NCBI GenBank assembly: GCA_029261055.1
Contig: JAJDCA010000068.1
Location: forward strand, 5,275-69,274
Direction: 5' to 3'
DNA: 64,000 nt
Origin: Candidatus Omnitrophota bacterium
GTDB taxonomy: Bacteria; Omnitrophota; Gorgyraeia; Zapsychrales; Zapsychraceae
Shown: piece by piece, positions 19,401-34,400 of the stretch
How the letters are laid out: each line of letters starts with the position of its first letter
Numbering within the stretch: position 1 is the first letter of the stretch
Program-made: the position numbers and the translations under genes
The notes under the pieces: model-generated
Seen by the model: the letters and a program-made list of their open reading frames with translations, nothing else
What the model was told of the DNA's origin: nothing
Databases searched by the model: none

Positions 19401-22400
19401 TTGTTCGAGATTGTCAGGAGAAAAAACAATGTCATCTTGAATTATTTCTCTCTTCTCATCCTTATCCTTTTTATATTCCTCCTCGAAAGGATAATCAACA
19501 AAACCAACATCACTTTTCCCCTCATATGTACCTATTGTAGGCATCGTCCGTTTTGATCCAGAAAGAATATTTTCCCCCACCATAACGGTTTTTCCATCTG
19601 GCAAAATTTTCTGATTCCCATGCAAATAGTTTTCCTCTGGAATCCAATCTTTAATATTTTCATCCCACTTCCATAATTTCCACCTACCATCCATTTTTAC
19701 ATTCACCTTGTGCATAATTTTTCCATCCCAAACAACATCCAAATCCTGTACAGGCTCATTGCCAGCGTTAATGCTTTTAAATTTTTCTTCTGTTTTGACA
19801 TCTTCAAAATCTACTGTTTTGGCATCTTCAAAAAGAACAAATCCGTTGTTCGTTCCTCTCAAAGAAACCTGACCATCTTCTGTAAATTTTGAAAAGACAA
19901 CATTAGCGTGATATTGAAGATGCGATCCTGTATTCATATCAAATTTATAACTATTATCATGATTCGTTAAAACTGCTGCGTATTGCGAATCCGAAGAAAT
20001 CTTCACATTTAGTACTTTGAGTCCCCCCTTAGCGAACGGTTCTTCCCCGAGAGCATCTTTAAATTCCTTCTCGTCTTGCCCATCTAAATGCACAATACCC
20101 TGAAAATTATCTGCAATAATGACAACTTTATTGCCGTCTAAGGCATCCTCGACTTTATGAATACGCCCTAAATTTTTACGAATCTCCTTCCAATCATCTT
20201 GAATCAAACTCGATGAAACAAAAAGCTTTCCATTTTTTTCTGCGTCAAATAATTTCTTACCATCTTTGGAAAATTGAAGAGTTCCTGTTGACATAACTGG
20301 CCTTAATAAATTTTCATCATTTTCATTCTTTCGTGCAATATCCCGCACTTTCCATACTTGCAGCTTATTTAACGTCAAAACAACCCTTCGAGTGACCGGC
20401 TCAGGCCCCGTATCATCTTCCACCCACGCATGCTGTACAATTACCTCCCCCTCCGGCGCGGTGTACGACTCTTTCACCTTCATTTGATCGGCTGGTAAGA
20501 CTTTGACTTTACTGACATCGGACGTATCATTTTTAGACATAATATTACGAATCGTCACATATTTTCCACGTCCATCATGGTTATAAATTTCCATCTGCGC
20601 AAGCTGGCCATGAATCAATTGAATATCGGCTAACTCAAGTATTTCAAGATCAGAATTAAGAGGCGCATCCATTTTATAGGTGCGCAAACCATCTGTAAGA
20701 TACAAACCAGCTGTTGCATTTCCCTCTGGAGCGTCTCTGAAAAACATAATATGCTTGCTATCCGGTAAAAACTTGGCTCTAATTGCATTCTCGAGTGAAT
20801 AATTCTCGTCTAGCGTCCATTCTCCAGAAATCGCATCTTTTTTCCATACAGTTATTTTGCCAAACTTTGCCTTAACAATTAATTTATTTTTATCCAAAGA
20901 TCTTTCCAAATATTCTATGGAATCATTTCCTGGCAAATTAAAAACATCTTTGGTCTCTTCTCCAGTATGGGAATCGCGAAATGAAATACCCCCACCTATT
21001 TTTCCAATTAAAACTACTTCATCATCTAAAGAAAATTTAGCAAAATTTATATTTGAATATTGCGATCTATAGATCCGTTCTCCATTTTCAATATTAATAA
21101 GATACACATTATAGTCAAACATCACGAAAGCAGCGAGTTTCCCATCTTTTGAAATTTCAATACTTTTCATATTCCCTTGCATATCTTTTAAAGGAATATC
21201 TTTACCTCCATTTAAACTTACAACACCTTGAAAATTCTTGGACATAACAAGAATACCCTTCTTAACTTTCTTAAGCTCAATCCCTCTCACAAGATCTAAA
21301 TTTTTATTTATTTTTATCCAATCATCCTCCTCTTTATTTACATATTTATAGCTAACCCCCTCTGACGTTGCCATCATCAGAATTCCCTCTTTAGATAATG
21401 TAAAACCATCATACTGACCAAGCGTTTCTTCTACTTTTGGAGTCCCCTCAATCATAGCTTGACCTTCAAAATTGCGCATTTCTCCCCAAACCCGCCATAC
21501 CACTTTCTTTTCACCATTATTTTCGATATCTTCACGCGTTACCACATACCAGAAGCCAGAATAATTTAATTCCACAAATTCGACAACACTTTCATTTTCC
21601 GAAATCCCCCAAGATTCAATATTTTCTTTTATTTTCTCCACAGGCAAAATTTCATCCTTACTGCCTTGTGTTGTCTGAGCATTCTCTGGCTCCAACTCCG
21701 CTTTCGCTTGTGCCACTTTCTTCTTATTAACCAACGCCTGCTTGCCTTGAACTCGGGAGTCTATTCTCTCTGTAAGCAAAGCTCTTCGAGCCTCTAAGTG
21801 TTTGCGTTCGTGCTTTTGCATACCAGAAGAAACTTGTTTTTTAAGAAAATCCCTTAATTGATTAATTTCACCTTCAAAAATTTCTTTTAATTCTATTTCA
21901 TGTTTAATTGAGTTTTTAAGATTTTGTAGTGTCAGGCCATTTCCAGAAGCATCCTTTATTTCTTCGGCTTTGATCGCTTCCTTTAATTTTTTAATTTTTT
22001 CTTCCTGTTTCGCAATTAAAGCTTCTTTTTCCTTAATAATATTTCTAAGCTGCTCCTGATCATTTGAAACACCACTAATCCTCTGTCCCAACATCACATC
22101 AACTTTCTCTAATTCCACTCTATCCGCCGCAAGCTCCCCATCATAATCGTCTTCCGTCATATCAATAACACCGGAGAGAGGTTGTTTTAATTCCTGTATC
22201 TTCTTCTCAACATGCTCAAGCATATCTTTGAAAAGATCTTTGTATGTTTCATTACGCAACAGGGGTGGAACCTTTTCCAAAGACGAAAGTTTATCTTCTT
22301 TTAGCTTATTGATTTGTTTAAAAAATTGATCTTTTAGATCCTTAACAGCACTTTTCTTCCCTTGCCCCATAGCTATCCGCCCAATTAAATCTCTTATGGA

Positions 22401-25400
22401 TAGCATGGCAGCGTCTTTTTTTCCCGAATTCAGCACTTCTCCACCACCTCCTCTGACAACAAAAGGCTGCAATTGAGTTCTATCTTCATTAAAAATAACG
22501 GCTTGATTTTGGTGGGGAAAGAATTTGGCTTCCCTCTGAGAAAATTTATTCTCCATTAATTTTCCATATATTTCACCTGTACGCGCATTCACAATTCCAA
22601 TATTATTAGATTTCCCAATGCCGAAGAAATGTTCATTATCCAAAAATACCGCCCCCAAGTTAAGCAGCGTTATTGAAAGATTTATCCAGGCAGGTGACGC
22701 AGGCATTATTCTTTCACCCGTCATAACATCCCACACGTGCAGCTTGCCTTCTTTATTCCTGGTCAACAAAGTTTTCCCATTGGGAGACAATTCCAGGTCA
22801 ACAATTTCCCCTGCGGCAGAAACAAGTATGGGAGGGGAATTTATCCCAGTATTAAGATCTCGTAAAATGACATTTTTTCCCTGAACAAACATTAAATATT
22901 TTGAACCTCTAGAGAATTTGGCGAAGGATACAGAATGTTCTTGCTGAATCTCTGATTTTGTGTCCATATTCCTAAAAGCCAACGTCCCAATTCCAATCTT
23001 ACCCTTTAGGCTCATAAACAACCACCGATTATTATCAGAAAGTTTACTGACCACCGAGATGCCGGCATTACCTAACGATAATAGATCTGATTCATCATCG
23101 ATTGCCCAATTCCATACGATCGTTTTCTTATCATTATGATCCTTTGTATTCTTTTCCATAATAATTCGTGAACCATCCTCTGAAAAAGAAAAATCATCAA
23201 ATTCACCTTCTTTACTTGTCGCCAACGGCTTACCCTTATCGATCTTGCGTACCTCCCATAATTCAATTTTCCTTTGTGATGGTTTATCCTTCCAAACCTC
23301 CTTGGCAACCTTAGTACCATCCGGCGAAAGATGGGCTGAATTTGTCACTAAAAGGTCAAAAGAATTTACTTCATCTCCCCCCTTCCTCACATCGCGCACA
23401 ATCCAATGATTTTTCCCATTCGCACGAACTATATTATCCTCCGTCAAAACCAGGCCACTTTGCGGCGAATAGTCGACAATGGTCTCACCCGGTGGGGCCG
23501 TGTACACATCCAACGCTTCCAAAACTATCTTGCCGCTACCGACTTTATTTTTCAAATCATTTGCGGCGGCAAGCTCCGCATTTTTTTTCTCCAGCGCCAA
23601 CTGCTCATCAAAAGATTGCTCCTGCTTCAGATACTTAGCCTTCTGCGCCGCCCATTTCTTTTTTTCCTTTTTAAAGGCTTCAATTTTGTCGGACAAATCA
23701 CTACCTGAAAAAGCTGATCCTCCTCCAACGTCTTTCGCAATCTCGTGGATGAGTACATGTTTTGTTTGGTCCCCTTCCTGCCATGTGGTGGCTTGTTCGA
23801 GATTATCAGGGGAAATATTTAAACCTTTAACTTGCATATTTTCTACATTTTTTAATTTACCTAAATCATTTATACGATGCACAGGTCCGTTCCCGCTTAT
23901 TACACCTAAGGCAGGTTTACCCTTATCTAAAACTCCTGCCGTCATAATTTGACCATCGGGTAAAAATTTTGATTCTTCGACCACCACTGAACTCAAGGGA
24001 TCCCATTTTCTAGCGTCTGGCTTCCATTCATACCTTGCCTTAAATCCTTTTGTTGCCACAATTAATTCCTTCTTATTAAAAGATAACTCTATATCCTGAA
24101 CAGCATCGCTTACCTGAAGCCCTTCTATTTTTAGAGCCCCTGTATGGGGACTTTTAATACTGACTCTTCCATCTTCCGAGCCTGTTAATATAAACTGGCC
24201 ATCCCTTGAAAATTTTGCAAAACTAACGCTATCCCCTTGAAGCATGAAGCCTTCCCCCGTCTCCATATTAAACAAATACAGAGCTTTCGACTTTGTCAAA
24301 ACAAGCGCCTTGCTCGAATCCGAATCGGGAGAAATGTCGATACTTTCGACTTCTCCCTCTAATTCTTCCCCGTTAACTTTAAATTCCTGCGTCTCCTTAC
24401 TCCGTCCATCCAAATACGCAATGCCTTTAAAATTTTCGGCGATCACTACCACTTTATTACTGTCTGAAGAATCTTCAAATTGCTCGATTTTTCCAAATTC
24501 ATATCGCACTCCACCCCTTGGCTCGCCCTCCAAATTTTCTCGAAAAACCCCATCAGGAGTTGCAAACAAGAATCTATTACCATCCTTAGATATCTTAGAT
24601 TTTTCCTCCTTACTTACCGTATCTTCTCGTAATGGATCTACACTCTCTTCTTGCTCAATATCGCGCACTCTCATTACCTTCGAATTAGGATCGTCAGCTT
24701 CCGCCTCAGTCAAAACAACCCTTCTCTTTACCGGCACATCCCCGTTACCATCCATCTCCCACGCCACCTGCATAATCTCTTCCCCATCCGGCGCAGTGTA
24801 CGTCTGAATCACCTTCATATCCTTCGCTGGCAGGACTTTAATGTCACCTTGTACAGTGTTCTTATCCTGCCCTGCTCCTGCCTCTGGATGTGCATCATCA
24901 ATAAGCCATTTATGGGAAACACGATCATAAACATTTTCGGAACTAATCTTTTCTCCCGTTTTTACATCAATAATTTCTCCATCTCGATGATGCTGCATCA
25001 AAACTTTTGTCCCACCAGGTGAAAGTTCAACATACGCTTTCGGCCATTCAAACACACGTAATTCTTTTCCACCTTTTACGTAACGCACATGCCATCGGTA
25101 ATGCTTTACCATTTTCGTATACGCATATTCTTTTTCTACTGTTAATACCCTCAACCCATCCTCTGAATATGAATGAACCTCCTCTGCGTCCTTAGGCTTA
25201 AAGGCGGGGGCACTGCTCATAAAATCAGCCACAGGCCAGACGTTTAACCCGCCTTTAACATGGGCTTTGACGTGGTGCTCTCCATCACGTGAAAATTCTA
25301 ATTCCGGCACCTCATCTTTCTCAAGCTTTTGTAAAGCATCCAATGCCGGCAGCTCTGTCCGCTCATTACCTTTTTTTTCTAAATCCTGCAACCAATATTT

Positions 25401-28400
25401 GCCCTCACCATCCACGACGGCTAAATAACGGCCATCATGAGAAAGGGCCACGGCTTTAACACCTTTTTTATGTTGCTTGGTTGCTTTTATTAATGCACCT
25501 TTTTCCGCATCCCATACACGCACTACCCCCATTTTACTAACTGTGGCTACCCTAGTGCTGTCCCGGGAAAAAACAGGCTCTAATGCGGCTTTAGTATTTT
25601 TTTCCAAATCAAGCACCCGCTTTTCTTTCTCAACATCCCACAACTTCGAAACCCCTCCATCTTTATCTAAAATAACCATCCTCTTATTATCCGGAGATAT
25701 TGTGGGTTGGACCTGAATTTTTAAACCTGTCTCTAACCCGAATCTGTACCCACTTTTAATATCCTTTACCCTCACCATGCCCTCTTCATCAGTCGCTATA
25801 ACCTTGGTTCCATCAGGAGAAATATCCGGATGCAACATTGGATCGTTAGGTAAACTCGATGATGTGGGGGATGTCGTGTCTATAGTATCAAATAGATCAT
25901 ATCTTCCACTATTCGTTGTCCTAAACACATGATTACCATCCGGCAAAAGTTTTGCAAAAGGATAATTACCTAAGTCAATACTTTCATCCTCACCTTTTAA
26001 GTCCCACCACACGAATTTTCCATTATCATCCTTTGTCAGTATTTTTGTTTCATCATCAGAAACACCTACCACTTTCGCATCAAATCTATGACCCCTATTC
26101 CATGTGACTAACTCAATATTTTTCATATCACGTATGCGCACGTTACGAGAAGCACTCGATGCGCCAATCTCCTTCTCCTGCGTCACCACCTTGCGGCCGT
26201 TCCAAAGAAACCCAATAACTTCCTCCCCTGGCAGTGGTTCATAATTTATAATCCCTTCCGTGTCCACCGCTCCTTGCTGCAATGCCTCTGCTTTCTGAGC
26301 CTCCACAGCCTTCGCCTCTTCTGCTTCTGCCGCTATTTCCTTAATCAACGCCTGTTTACCGTTAACCACCGCTATCAGTTTCTTTGTAAGAAGTTCCTCT
26401 TGTTTGTTTGGCCCCTGAACTTGAAGCTCGAGTTCTTTTATTTCTGCTTCTAATTCCTTTTCCCTTGTTCTATCTGGGAGAGCAACACCAGTTTCTAAAG
26501 TAATATCGCTTATATGTTGCTCTTTCACTAATTCCTTCTTAAGCCCTTCTATATTTCCAACCCCTTTTGACGGCTTACGAATTTTTATTAATTCTTTTTT
26601 CACTTCACTCTCAACCTTTTCGTAATCCTTCAGCGTTCTCTCGATATCTACAGGGCGGGATTGTTTTAATTCCTGTATCTTCTTCTCAACATGCTCAAAT
26701 ATATCTTTAAAAAGATCTTTGTGTGTTTTCCTGCTCAACAAAATTTGAACCTTTTCTAGAGGCTCAAGCTTATCTTTTTTCAAATCGGTGATCTTTTCAC
26801 GCAATTCCTTTTTTAGCTTACTAACAGCCTCCTCATCATTTTTCTGAAAATCTATCCACCAAATTAATTCTCCTATGGATAGCATGGAAAAATCTAACTC
26901 ATCCAATCCTTTCGTAAATTCAGGATCATAGGAATCTTCGATTTCCTTCATTGTTTGGTCAAAGAATGCGGCCGACCAATCGCGTTGAATACCCAAATTC
27001 TTAATAAGATCTTTCGTTGCATTCATTCTGTTCTTATTTCCCTCTTTATGTTGTTCCCATGTTTCGCCTTTACTTCGATAATTTAAAATAAAATCAATTT
27101 GATCCATAACCTTCTTCATCATAATCATTCGACTGCGTTGTTCCTCGAATTTCTTTAGTTCTTTCCATGATTTTTCGCTCAATAACTCTGCGATAATTTC
27201 ATTAAGATTTTCAATATTTTGCTCTGTTTGGCTTTCAAATGTATTGGTCCATAAGAGCTGGAGAATACGGTCTAATTCCGGATGACCTGTATCCGGCTCT
27301 TTGCCTTCTTCAATTTTCAAATTCTGAATAATGACACTTTCTTTATCAAGAAAATCAGAAATGGCATCAACGTCAGGATCATCACTAAACAATCCTTTTT
27401 CACCGGCCACATCTAAAATATTATTCTCGACCGGTGAAGTTTGATCAAAGTCACCCTCTATTTTAAAGGCCTTCATAAATTGTTCATGGATAATACGTTC
27501 TGAAATTTTTGTTTTGGCTCTCTTTTTAAAAGACTCACTCTTTTCTGTCCCTGTCTTTGCAATTTTTTGCAATCCATCAGCCCTCAAATAATTAAACCGA
27601 TCCACTAAAAACTTCACGTCTTTCACCAAAACACGCACACTGATTTCACGACGTTTAGGCAGAGTGGTACCGTCCAAAGATTGCCGATAATTTAACTCCT
27701 GCGCCATACCGATAATGCCGTCATATTTGACGCTTCCGTCAGGATAAGTTTCGTACTCTACATCGCTTACTTCTTGCTCCGACTTAGGAATCGGCATTCC
27801 GATAAGACGCGGATTAAGCCGCACCACTTCGCCGGTTGAATCTAGCTGTTTGGTTGAAACTTTACTTAAAAGTTTAAACATCAAGTGCGGCGGTAAAGGA
27901 TCAAATTGAATGGCAGGAAGACGTGCCAATAAATCTGCGGGAAGGCCCTTGATACCAGACGTAGAACCCGGGGTATTGCTTAAAGCAATCAATCCAAAAT
28001 TATCTGCCCCCTTACGCTTTTTATCCTTTTTCGTCGGATCAGGAGTCTCATCATATACAATCACATCATTCAAAGCACTAAGCACTTTATCTCTGGACTG
28101 CGCAATTTCTTCAACGATCAACACATTGCCTTCTCCATGCTCATCTTCCATAGCTAGCGGTAAGGCATTGATAGTTATCTTTGAATTACCACCCACCATC
28201 CCCTCCTGAAACGTAATCTGATCGAGCCGTGTTTGTGCTGTCATCTCAATCGTATGTTCTCCCGGTTTATTGCGCAGACGTACAATGGCCTTTGCTAACG
28301 TACTCTTTCCGCCCCCCGGGCCACCCACAAAATGAACTTTAATCTTCAATGCCTGCAATTGCAGCGTTAAATAAAGTTTCCCTACATTGGCTTTCAAATA

Positions 28401-31400
28401 CGTATTGACTTCATTTACATCCTTGGCCACATCAGCAAATTCAATCCAGTCAATAATCTCTTGCGGCAGGCCGGCATAATGAAAAGAAGCTTTAGAATGA
28501 ATAGGCAGCCTTATTTCATCCCAGAATTCTGTATTTTTTGGTGTAATAATGATTTCTTTGCCGGAAGGAGAAAGCTTAAAAGAATCTTTTGTTAATTCTA
28601 AATCCGGCACATTCAATTCATCCGGGCGCCAGGATGAAAAGTGCGTAATATTGCCGGCATACGTATCATTACTATCAATTTCCGCATGAAAATTAAAATA
28701 ATTTTTGATGGTGGTGAATGGACGGTACAACCAGTCTTTTTCATATTTAATTAAATGTTGAATCATAAAGGCCGTTAGCCGTGGATCCGGTGCACGTGTA
28801 AGCCGCTCCCCCTTAGAGTTGTCCGGACCATTTTCAAAAAGATCCCTGATCTTGGAGTCCCATCGCATTTGCGTGGCCAGATAACGTGGATCTAAAAGCT
28901 CCCAATCCTCAAAAATCGCGGCTTGTTGTTCGGGGCTGTATCCAAAAAAAGTCAAACGCAACTCATTGGAAATACGCACTAAATCCGTAATGTCTTGGGT
29001 AATTTTTTGTTCAAACTCCTCCCATCGATCATCATAGGTGCCTACATGTCTAGCAAATTTCAGGGCATCGGCCAATTGCCATTCAGCTTCTTCTTCGGTA
29101 GACTGCCAATGATATAAAATATTTTCATCCCGTTCCTGCATTGCCGTATTATTGGTGGTCCAATTTCCTGTAATGTTAGGCCACGGCGGATTTTCTGTGG
29201 TAATAATCCTGGACATCGGATGATCGCGCATCGTTTCAAATGTAACCATACCATCCCGCTCAACTTTCCACTCATGCGTCTTGGCGGGAATATGTGATTT
29301 GATGCCATCCCAAACACCCGGCTCATATTTATGTCGTTCATTCTCTATAATCCATCCCCCCACATGCTTCACATAATTTAATAAAGACGGTTTAAACCCG
29401 GTTGTCCCATTTTGCAAGGTCCGTGTCCCACGCGCAAGCCCTTCATCGGTTGCATCTTCATTACCGGTTTCTGAATACGTCGGCATATTAATTAACCGGG
29501 CTGCCGCAGACGGCATTTTGGTTTTGGCTAAACCCGGGCCTCCGGACAAAGTAACGGTCTGCCCTTCCCATGAGTCGGACATGCTATCCTGACTAACGGT
29601 TAAATCATACAACACCTGCCATGAACTTTTTTCCCGTTCAATAATCAAAACCCTTTTTTCCTGCCGGTTAAACGCCAAAATACGATTTGAATCTTGTTCA
29701 TAAAAATACCATTGCGTCAAATCCAAACCTTTCAAATCACCTAAACCTTGAAAATCACCATTCTCCTGACTGAGTAAAACCTTTTCTGAACTCTGTTCTA
29801 GTTTCACCTGTAACTTCTGAGTGTTTTCATACACCCCTTGATTTTCAACCATATGATCTGCGGAATCAAAAGCATGCAGGAATTTTAAATATCCATCCTC
29901 TTTATTTTCTTCCATCACCTCCAATTTTCCATCCTCAATACCATGAATAAAATATTTACCATCGGTGGAATAATCTGTGGGTGACCGTTGATCCGGCCGA
30001 TGTGTCGCCAAAAGAATATTAATTATTTTATCTTCATTAGCCTCTGTATCTTTAATCACTGTTGTCGGCACACCCATGCCACCCGGTCCCATTGGAAAAT
30101 ACAATGGATCCACACCTTCCCGTTGAAACATGAGCTTTTCTTGACCATTCACTTTTTTATTAAAAAAGTGACGATACTCTTCGGTTGTATTCAACTCTGA
30201 ATCTTCAACCACCATGGAAGCATCTTTTAATTGCAAATATTTTTGCCAATCACTGTCTGAAACAAACCCACTCTTTTCAATGGCCGTAAAAATGGCATCA
30301 CCCACTCTGGAAGGAAGCCCTGTGAAAGGAAACGGCTCAATCACCCGCTGCAACTGCCCCTTGGGTTGTTGATGCAACACTTTAGTATCCTCAACCTGCT
30401 TGGCCGTACCCATAGGGATAATAAACACATTAATGCCATGCTCTCTGGCCTTATTAATCAGCCCAAGAATTCTGGATTTTTGATTAGGATCAACATCTTC
30501 ATCCGTTAAAATAAATAAAATTTGCACGCCTTTTTTTTCGCTTCGCTCGGCCGCTGCAATCTGACTTGTAATATATTTCTCTAGATTATCGGCATAATGC
30601 GTGCCACCTCCTGCCTCCAAATTGGTCCACGCCCCATGCAATACCTTTTCTCGTTTAACATTGGGCTCTCGGATAGTCTCGCGTAATAATTGCAGATCTT
30701 TATCATCATCGGAAAAATAACCAACCTCATACCCAAGATCATCATCCACGATTACCTTGCGCATTTCATAATGTTGAAAAATAGAATCGGTCAAGACAAA
30801 GGATATGATACGTGCCATTTCAATCGGCAAATAATTGCTATTTTTTCTATCTTTCTCCCCCATGCTATAACTGCGATCAACCAATAAAGTAATATCCAAG
30901 GGTAATGGATCTTTTTTAATCGGATTATTATATCCCTGCGCACCCAGAAAAACATTAAGCGGCTGGGTCATAATCGCTCCATTGTCCAATAATTGACTTA
31001 ACTTAAAGCCGGTTGTTGCGATCAACAAGGCCTTAAACTGACGGGTTAGGCGCTTAACAAGCGTTCTAATCGTCACAACTGGTTTTCTTTTTAAAATATT
31101 TATAATGCTTAAAATTTTATTTAATGTTTTATTTTTATCGTCATATTCTGAAAATTTCTCTCTAAATTCTTTTTCATTAAAATTTTTACTAATTTGATGA
31201 TTCTCAAGAAATCCTTCTATTTCCATTTTCTCAATTAATTCTTCCCCATCAATATCCAAATCTCGAAAATGCTCCACTTGAAGAGTTCTGCCTTCGGATA
31301 TTTGCTTTTTATACCATGTTTGTAATTCGCGATGCTGCGTCTTATCCAACCCGCTTGTGGCTTCAATCTGTGCTTCTTCACGCAACTTGGCTGCCTTTAA

Positions 31401-34400
31401 ATCAAATTCTTTAGGTTTAATCGGTTTAATATCTGATGGCGGCAATGCTTCTTGTTTCTTTCCAGTCTCTCCTAAAGGTTTTACATCAGGCAGATTAATG
31501 GTATCGGGCATTTTTTGATAATTCTTTGACCTATCTTTTGCACCCTTTTGGGTTTCTCCTGCTTTAGCCGGTTCACTTTTGCTGCCTGAAGACTTATTCA
31601 TATCTTGAGATGCCTGTGAAGAAGATGTTTCCTGCTTGCCTTGCCCATCTTCTCCTCCTTTGTTATTTTTATTATCCTCGCCTTTCTTATTTTCTTTCTT
31701 CCCTGGCTCGCCTTTATCTTTTGATCCACTTAACGATTGTTGAATACCTTGAATAGATTTTTCTAATTGATGAAGGTTACGTAATACATCCCTATTGGCT
31801 CCTTGGGTTTGATCTACGCCTTTGTTAACATTATTTAAGGCCTTATTTAATTTTTCTGTTTCATCTGTAATTTGAGGCACATCCGGGGAAGGGGCATGCG
31901 TTTGCTTGACTAAGTTATCGGCAATGTGCTTAAGTTTGTTGGCCTTATCTTTCAAATTCTGTAACTTCTCTAATTGTTCCTGTGATTTTTTATCTACCCC
32001 GTTAGATAACTTTTTAGCCTCATTAGCTAACTCTGGAGAAGGCAAACCTTGTTGTATTTGAGAAACTTTTTCATTTTGCGCACTTCCCTCCCCCGCGGCC
32101 AAACGCCCTTTATTTAAAAGGTCTTGGGATTTGTCCTGAATGCCTTTTGCCTGCTGTTGAATTTCTTTTGATAATTTCTTTGAAGTATTTTTATCAGACT
32201 CACTCATTTTTCCCGGAGTAACATCCCCAGATTTCTTTTTAATATCGTCTAATTTTTTAGCAATAGTATTCGTGTTACTTGCTATAGCGTTTAATTGTTG
32301 TTCAAAATCCTTAAGCGCATTTTCAATATCATCCGTACTTTTAGGGGTAGCACCGGGTGATACCTGCCCTTGGCCCGAACCTTGAGATGAACCCTGACCT
32401 GACGATGCGGCAGATGTCTTTTGTGATGAGCCGCTACCCCCACCGGGTTGTGATAAATTTTCAAAACTCTTTTTTCCTTGTTCCATATCTTCACGAACGG
32501 CATCTTCAATGACTTTCTGAATTTCTTGCGGTAGGTTTTTACCATACTCATCAAGTTCTTTACGCTCTTCTTCTGTCAACTCTTCATAGACTTTACGAAC
32601 GATCTCTTTGGCTATTTCTTTAATCCCTTGCTTCAACTGTTCCTCTCGTCTATCTTGCTCTTCTTTCTTTTTGCGTTCATGTAGTCGTCGACGTTTCTTC
32701 TCCTTAAAAGCCTCTGCATACAATTCCAAATAAACCGGCCCGACCTTCTCATTGATAATCCTGATAATGTCCCCTTGTTTAAGTGATTCCGGTCTGTACA
32801 TCAGCTTAATCCACCCATCATCATTTACATCCTTCCCCATACTACGAACCAGCGCATCTTCCACCTGAGGATTTTTATTACGTGGATCTTTCATATTGCC
32901 TTGTTGATTTTCTTTGTAATGATATCGCAGATAAAGAAGGGAATCTAAATAACGTAAATGTAAATCGTAGGTGTTGTATTGTGCCTCCTCAATCAAAGGA
33001 TTGCCGATGTCATAACGATCCTGAAGAATCCGGCTCATCCATTTCCTGGAACCATCAAACTTTTGTTCAAAAGCTCTATGTTTAATATTCTCTGCATTCA
33101 CATCATGCCCAATGCCAGAAACCTTCGGAAAAAGAAGGGTATCCCACATCAGCAATGCATCGGGATGTTTTTTGATATCTTCATTCAAATCATCAATCAA
33201 ACCGCGTAAACCAAATTTAACACGGGAAATAGCAAGAAAGACCTGCCCCAGAGTACGGTCGCGTGCAGCCTGAAGCTTACCCTTTAAATCGTCTTTATTC
33301 TCTCCGTCATACGTTCGTGGATAACGATCTGTTTTTACATAATGCATTTGTCCCACCGAGGAATCCAACGACTTATACGTCCAAAAACCATAGGGGGCCG
33401 GTATAAATTCAACTTCCTGTTTGGCGGCTAAACGCTTGGCATATTCTTGCCATTCCTGATCGATTTTCTCTAACTCGCTAGCTAATTGAGGATTATCTTT
33501 TGTTGGATCCCCATAACGTTCATACAACACATCAAGAAAATCTTTAAACAAACGTAGGGGGTTGACGTCTTTTTGATTTTCCGACATACCCATCATAATC
33601 CCGCCCACCAAAAATCCCATCGCACGCTTTCTGGTGTATTCATCATTCAGTGCATCCTTTCGTAACCCTTTTGCTTCATAGACTTTTTCTACTTCCATCT
33701 CCAAATAATCCATCACAAAATAACCAGCCCGACGGTCTGATGTTCCAGGATGAATCATAAACCCGGTTTGTCCACTCAATCCCATTTCCTTACCTCGCTG
33801 ATACAACTCGCTAACCGCGGGTTCACCGAATTTATCAACGTCATGCGGAAGTTTTTCTTCCCCTTCTTTTAAATTCTTCCCCGCGTGCTGCACATATTCC
33901 ATCACGGATATCGCAAAGGTGATTTGCTCCCATTCAGGTGGCATTTTCAAAATTTTGTGCCCTATTTCATGAGGCAAGACAAGCCGCATCATCAGTTCAT
34001 CTTCAATTGGGCTTATGAGCACATTTCCCGTGTCCGGCGCGAATGCCCCTTTGGATTGACCAAAAGCTACGGGCATCTGCACAATAGCCGCCGCAATTTT
34101 CTTACGGCCTTCCAGATCTTTAAAACTTTCTCTCCAAAAATGCTCCGGAAGATAACTGTCAAAATTGTAGGGTTTAATGGTTTCATCTAACATTTTCATA
34201 ATTGCTTTTTCTTCAGCTGGATTATCAGATAATGCACTGGCCATTTCTTTTTGAATAGTATCAATGTGTTGTTGCGTTTTAAAAAGATGCTCCTTCTGCC
34301 CCACTCGCCGAAGCTCTTCCTTTAATACATTCATATCAAGGCCAACACCCTTTCCAGGAATATGCATTCCTACTAGCAAAGGATCGGCTATTTTACGATC

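Noticed and set aside
16000-26300. Diversity-generating retroelement TR/VR pair
   Set aside because: Internal repeats are in-frame paralogous blocks with mismatches not restricted to adenines; no reverse transcriptase in the window.
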